Below are positions 60,509 to 64,000 of a stretch of DNA of 64,000 nt, one piece after another. Position numbers and translations under genes: made by a program. The stretch is from Marsupella aquatica (lineage: Eukaryota; Plantae; Marchantiophyta): contig OZ316891.1 in NCBI GenBank assembly GCA_973895155.1, positions 32,472,423 to 32,536,422 of the forward strand, in the 5' to 3' direction. Numbering within the stretch: the stretch's first letter is position 1; each line of letters starts with the position of its first letter. A model generated the notes under the pieces. It saw nothing but the letters and a program-made list of their open reading frames with translations. It did not search any database and was not told the DNA's origin.

Positions 60509-61793
60509 TGTGACGCCACCGGTACGGCGGTTAATGAGTGATTTGGTCTAACTGCGCTTAGCATGCATGTTAGGAGTGTCTTAGGCCGCTATTATTAGCA
60601 TAACGACAGTATTTAGGTAATCATTATGGGTAGGACATCATTAGGCAATAAGGGGGAATTCAGGTTTGGACTGGCGGCGGGTCGCTATTCGCACACCCGG
60701 GTTACGAGCGTGGAGGGGCCCCTCCCTCGGGTCCGTATAACGAACTTAAGGAAGCGACCACTGACACGCGCTGACTCAGACCGGCGGAGTGGCCGGTACA
60801 CCACAAGCGTGAGCGGTTCAGCCTATGGGCATCGAGGAGACGTCGGGGGATCGACAAGCCCTCAAGGTATAAAAGGGGAGCCAACCCTTTGTAGTGCACC
60901 AGTCCATCAGTCCACGCGCCAGCTTTGACCCCAGCTCTCTAGTTTGCTCTAAGTCGCCACTACTATCTCCTCTAAATATCGCACATGATCCTCTCCAGCT
61001 CGGCCATTCGATTCTGGACGCAGTTCCTATCTACCGGAAGGCACTTGGCCGACTCATTGAAACACGCCAACCCGCGCCGATACGAAATTGAACGCGAGTA
61101 CGAGAGAGCCATCCGCCTAGCAGGACGACACCACTACATCCTTAACTTTGACTACTCGTCTCAGAGCGAGCTTTACTGACCAGCAGAGGTATCTGGGTAC
61201 TTCTTCAATGGAGACAAATATATCGGTTTTTGGGAAGCATTGCTTTGGCTTCCGGACGAGGTCTTCAATATCCCGAGGACGATCGACTTGCAACGACATC
61301 ACTTCGACCACATCCCTGCTCAGGTTCGGGCTATCATCAACAGCGAGTCCAGTACTAACCGTTCGACAAGGTCGTCCGCACTTGCTTCGGAGAACTTCTA
61401 CCAGCACCTGCAGAGCTTCATGGGAACTCGGCCATCAACCAACATGACCAACTCAGTCGAACCCGTACCCGTACCCGTACCCATGCAACCTCAGGCTCAA
61501 CCTCAGGCTCAGCTTCAGCTTCAGCCTCAGCCGCAGCCTAGCCAAACCCCACCACCGATCGCCCAGCCAGCACAAGTACGCTCCGTCATCAACGCTGTGG
61601 ATCTTAGCAATGACGACGAGGCTACCCCACCCTTGACCAGGCGGCCCAGAGGAACAAGCGCTCAGGGGGCCGACACTATATCGTCCCCACCGCCTGCTCT
61701 GACCCCAGGAGCGGCCCCGGCAGACAACATGGTGACCGTGGCCGCCCCGGGCCCGTTACTAACGGCAGTGGCACTACCCTGGCCCGATCGGGA
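60509..61793 (+). mobile_element. Truncated LTR, Gypsy family D, inserted into the satellite and cut by the telomere
   Basis: Begins TGTGACGC (compare TGTGATGC in family A and TGTGACAC in family C) where the satellite unit breaks. TATAAAA at ~60868 precedes an ORF. Confidence 0.65.
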
Positions 61794-61800
61794 GGTTTAG
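60985..61800 (+). pseudogene. N-terminus of an LTR-encoded protein, truncated by telomere addition
   Basis: ORFs 60985..61179 and 61240..61800 are in frame across one TGA. AIRFW...YFFNGDKYIGFWEAL resembles family A AAHFW...LLFCKDKIIGIREAI. Confidence 0.6.
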
Positions 61801-64000
61801 GGTTTAGGGTTTAGGGTTTAGGGTTTAGGGTTTAGGGTTTAGGGTTTAGGGTTTAGGGTTTAGGGTTTAGGGTTTAGGGTTTAGGGTTTAGGGTTTAGGG
61901 TTTTTAGGGTTTAGGGTTTAGGGTTTAGGGTTTAGGGTTTAGGGTTTAGGGTTTAGGGTTTAGGGTTTAGGGTTTAGGGTTTAGGGTTTAGGGTTTAGGG
62001 TTTAGGGTTTAGGGTTTAGGGTTTAGGGTTTAGGGTTTAGGGTTTAGGGTTTAGGGTTTAGGGTTTAGGGTTTAGGGTTTAGGGTTTAGGGTTTAGGGTT
62101 TAGGGTTTAGGGTTTAGGGTTTAGGGTTTAGGGTTTAGGGTTTAGGGTTTAGGGTTTAGGGTTTAGGGTTTAGGGTTTAGGGTTTAGGGTTTAGGGTTTA
62201 GGGTTTAGGGTTTAGGGTTTAGGGTTTAGGGTTTAGGGTTTAGGGTTTAGGGTTTAGGGTTTAGGGTTTAGGGTTTAGGGTTTAGGGTTTAGGGTTTAGG
62301 GTTTAGGGTTTAGGGTTTAGGGTTTAGGGTTTAGGGTTTAGGGTTTAGGGTTTAGGGTTTAGGGTTTAGGGTTTAGGGTTTAGGGTTTAGGGTTTAGGGT
62401 TTAGGGTTTAGGGTTTAGGGTTTAGGGTTTAGGGTTTAGGGTTTAGGGTTTAGGGTTTAGGGTTTAGGGTTTAGGGTTTAGGGTTTAGGGTTTAGGGTTT
62501 AGGGTTTAGGGTTTAGGGTTTAGGGTTTAGGGTTTAGGGTTTAGGGTTTAGGGTTTAGGGTTTAGGGTTTAGGGTTTAGGGTTTAGGGTTTAGGGTTTAG
62601 GGTTTAGGGTTTAGGGTTTAGGGTTTAGGGTTTAGGGTTTAGGGTTTAGGGTTTAGGGTTTAGGGTTTAGGGTTTAGGGTTTAGGGTTTAGGGTTTAGGG
62701 TTTAGGGTTTAGGGTTTAGGGTTTAGGGTTTAGGGTTTAGGGTTTAGGGTTTAGGGTTTAGGGTTTAGGGTTTAGGGTTTAGGGTTTAGGGTTTAGGGTT
62801 TAGGGTTTAGGGTTTAGGGTTTAGGGTTTAGGGTTTAGGGTTTAGGGTTTAGGGTTTAGGGTTTAGGGTTTAGGGTTTAGGGTTTAGGGTTTAGGGTTTA
62901 GGGTTTAGGGTTTAGGGTTTAGGGTTTAGGGTTTAGGGTTTAGGGTTTAGGGTTTAGGGTTTAGGGTTTAGGGTTTAGGGTTTAGGGTTTAGGGTTTAGG
63001 GTTTAGGGTTTAGGGTTTAGGGTTTAGGGTTTAGGGTTTAGGGTTTAGGGTTTAGGGTTTAGGGTTTAGGGTTTAGGGTTTAGGGTTTAGGGTTTAGGGT
63101 TTAGGGTTTAGGGTTTAGGGTTTAGGGTTTAGGGTTTAGGGTTTAGGGTTTAGGGTTTAGGGTTTAGGGTTTAGGGTTTAGGGTTTAGGGTTTAGGGTTT
63201 AGGGTTTAGGGTTTAGGGTTTAGGGTTTAGGGTTTAGGGTTTAGGGTTTAGGGTTTAGGGTTTAGGGTTTAGGGTTTAGGGTTTAGGGTTTAGGGTTTAG
63301 GGTTTAGGGTTTAGGGTTTAGGGTTTAGGGTTTAGGGTTTAGGGTTTAGGGTTTAGGGTTTAGGGTTTAGGGTTTAGGGTTTAGGGTTTAGGGTTTAGGG
63401 TTTAGGGTTTAGGGTTTAGGGTTTAGGGTTTAGGGTTTAGGGTTTAGGGTTTAGGGTTTAGGGTTTAGGGTTTAGGGTTTAGGGTTTAGGGTTTAGGGTT
63501 TAGGGTTTAGGGTTTAGGGTTTAGGGTTTAGGGTTTAGGGTTTAGGGTTTAGGGTTTAGGGTTTAGGGTTTAGGGTTTAGGGTTTAGGGTTTAGGGTTTA
63601 GGGTTTAGGGTTTAGGGTTTAGGGTTAGGGTTTAGGGTTTAGGGTTTAGGGTTTAGGGTTTAGGGTTTAGGGTTTAGGGTTTAGGGTTTAGGGTTTAGGG
63701 TTTAGGGTTTAGGGTTTAGGGTTTAGGGTTTAGGGTTTAGGGTTTAGGGTTTAGGGTTTAGGGTTTAGGGTTTAGGGTTTAGGGTTTAGGGTTTAGGGTT
63801 TAGGGTTTAGGGTTTAGGGGTTTAGGGTTTAGGGTTTAGGGTTTAGGGTTTAGGGTTTAGGGTTTAGGGTTAGGGTTTAGGGTTTAGGTTTAGGGTTTAG
63901 GGTTTAGGGTTTAGGGTTTAGGGTTTAGGGTTTAGGGGTTTAGGGTTTAGGGTTTAGGGTTTAGGGTTTAGGGTTTAGGGTTTAGGGTTTAGGGTTAGGG
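61794..64000 (+). repeat. Telomere, Arabidopsis-type (TTTAGGG)n
   Basis: About 2.2 kb of near-perfect TTTAGGG to the window end, with the G-rich strand running 5'->3' toward the end. Confidence 0.99.

Noticed and set aside
61794-64000. Variant telomere units (TTAGGG, TTTAGGGG, TTTTTAGGG)
   Set aside because: They are sparse homopolymer-length changes concentrated toward the end, consistent with sequencing error.

Overview
This window is a land-plant chromosome end, probably from a bryophyte (inference), and finishes in about 2.2 kb of TTTAGGG telomere. About 85% of it is nested mobile DNA. (1) A Ty3/Gypsy element on the minus strand has a 4.3-kb 5' LTR (3068-7402) that itself carries a ~1,100-codon ORF. 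The same LTR recurs as a solo LTR with a 5-bp TSD (26217-30793), and two further ORF-bearing LTRs of other families occur at 52592-55747 and from 60509 to the telomere. (2) A large decayed cargo block (~8.2-14 kb, probably continuing at 36-39 kb) carries an F-box-like ORF, an intron-containing ParB/Srx-like + beta-class amino(N6A/N4C) DNA methyltransferase fusion gene and a Ulp1/C48 protease, and is studded with 90-bp repeats built on a GGGATAC-N3-GTATCCC palindrome. (3) A second Gypsy element inserted into the Ulp1 gene and was then split by a complete CACTA transposon (18790-33071, CACTACAACA TIRs, ATT TSD). The first transposase exon of this CACTA can splice in frame to either the transposase or a SET-domain exon. 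(4) There is an intact 4-exon BAHD acyltransferase next to a decayed CYP85-clan P450. (5) Subtelomeric 83-bp and ~577-bp tandem repeats precede a telomere added abruptly inside an LTR ORF. All protein-family calls come from motif recognition by eye; no searches were run.
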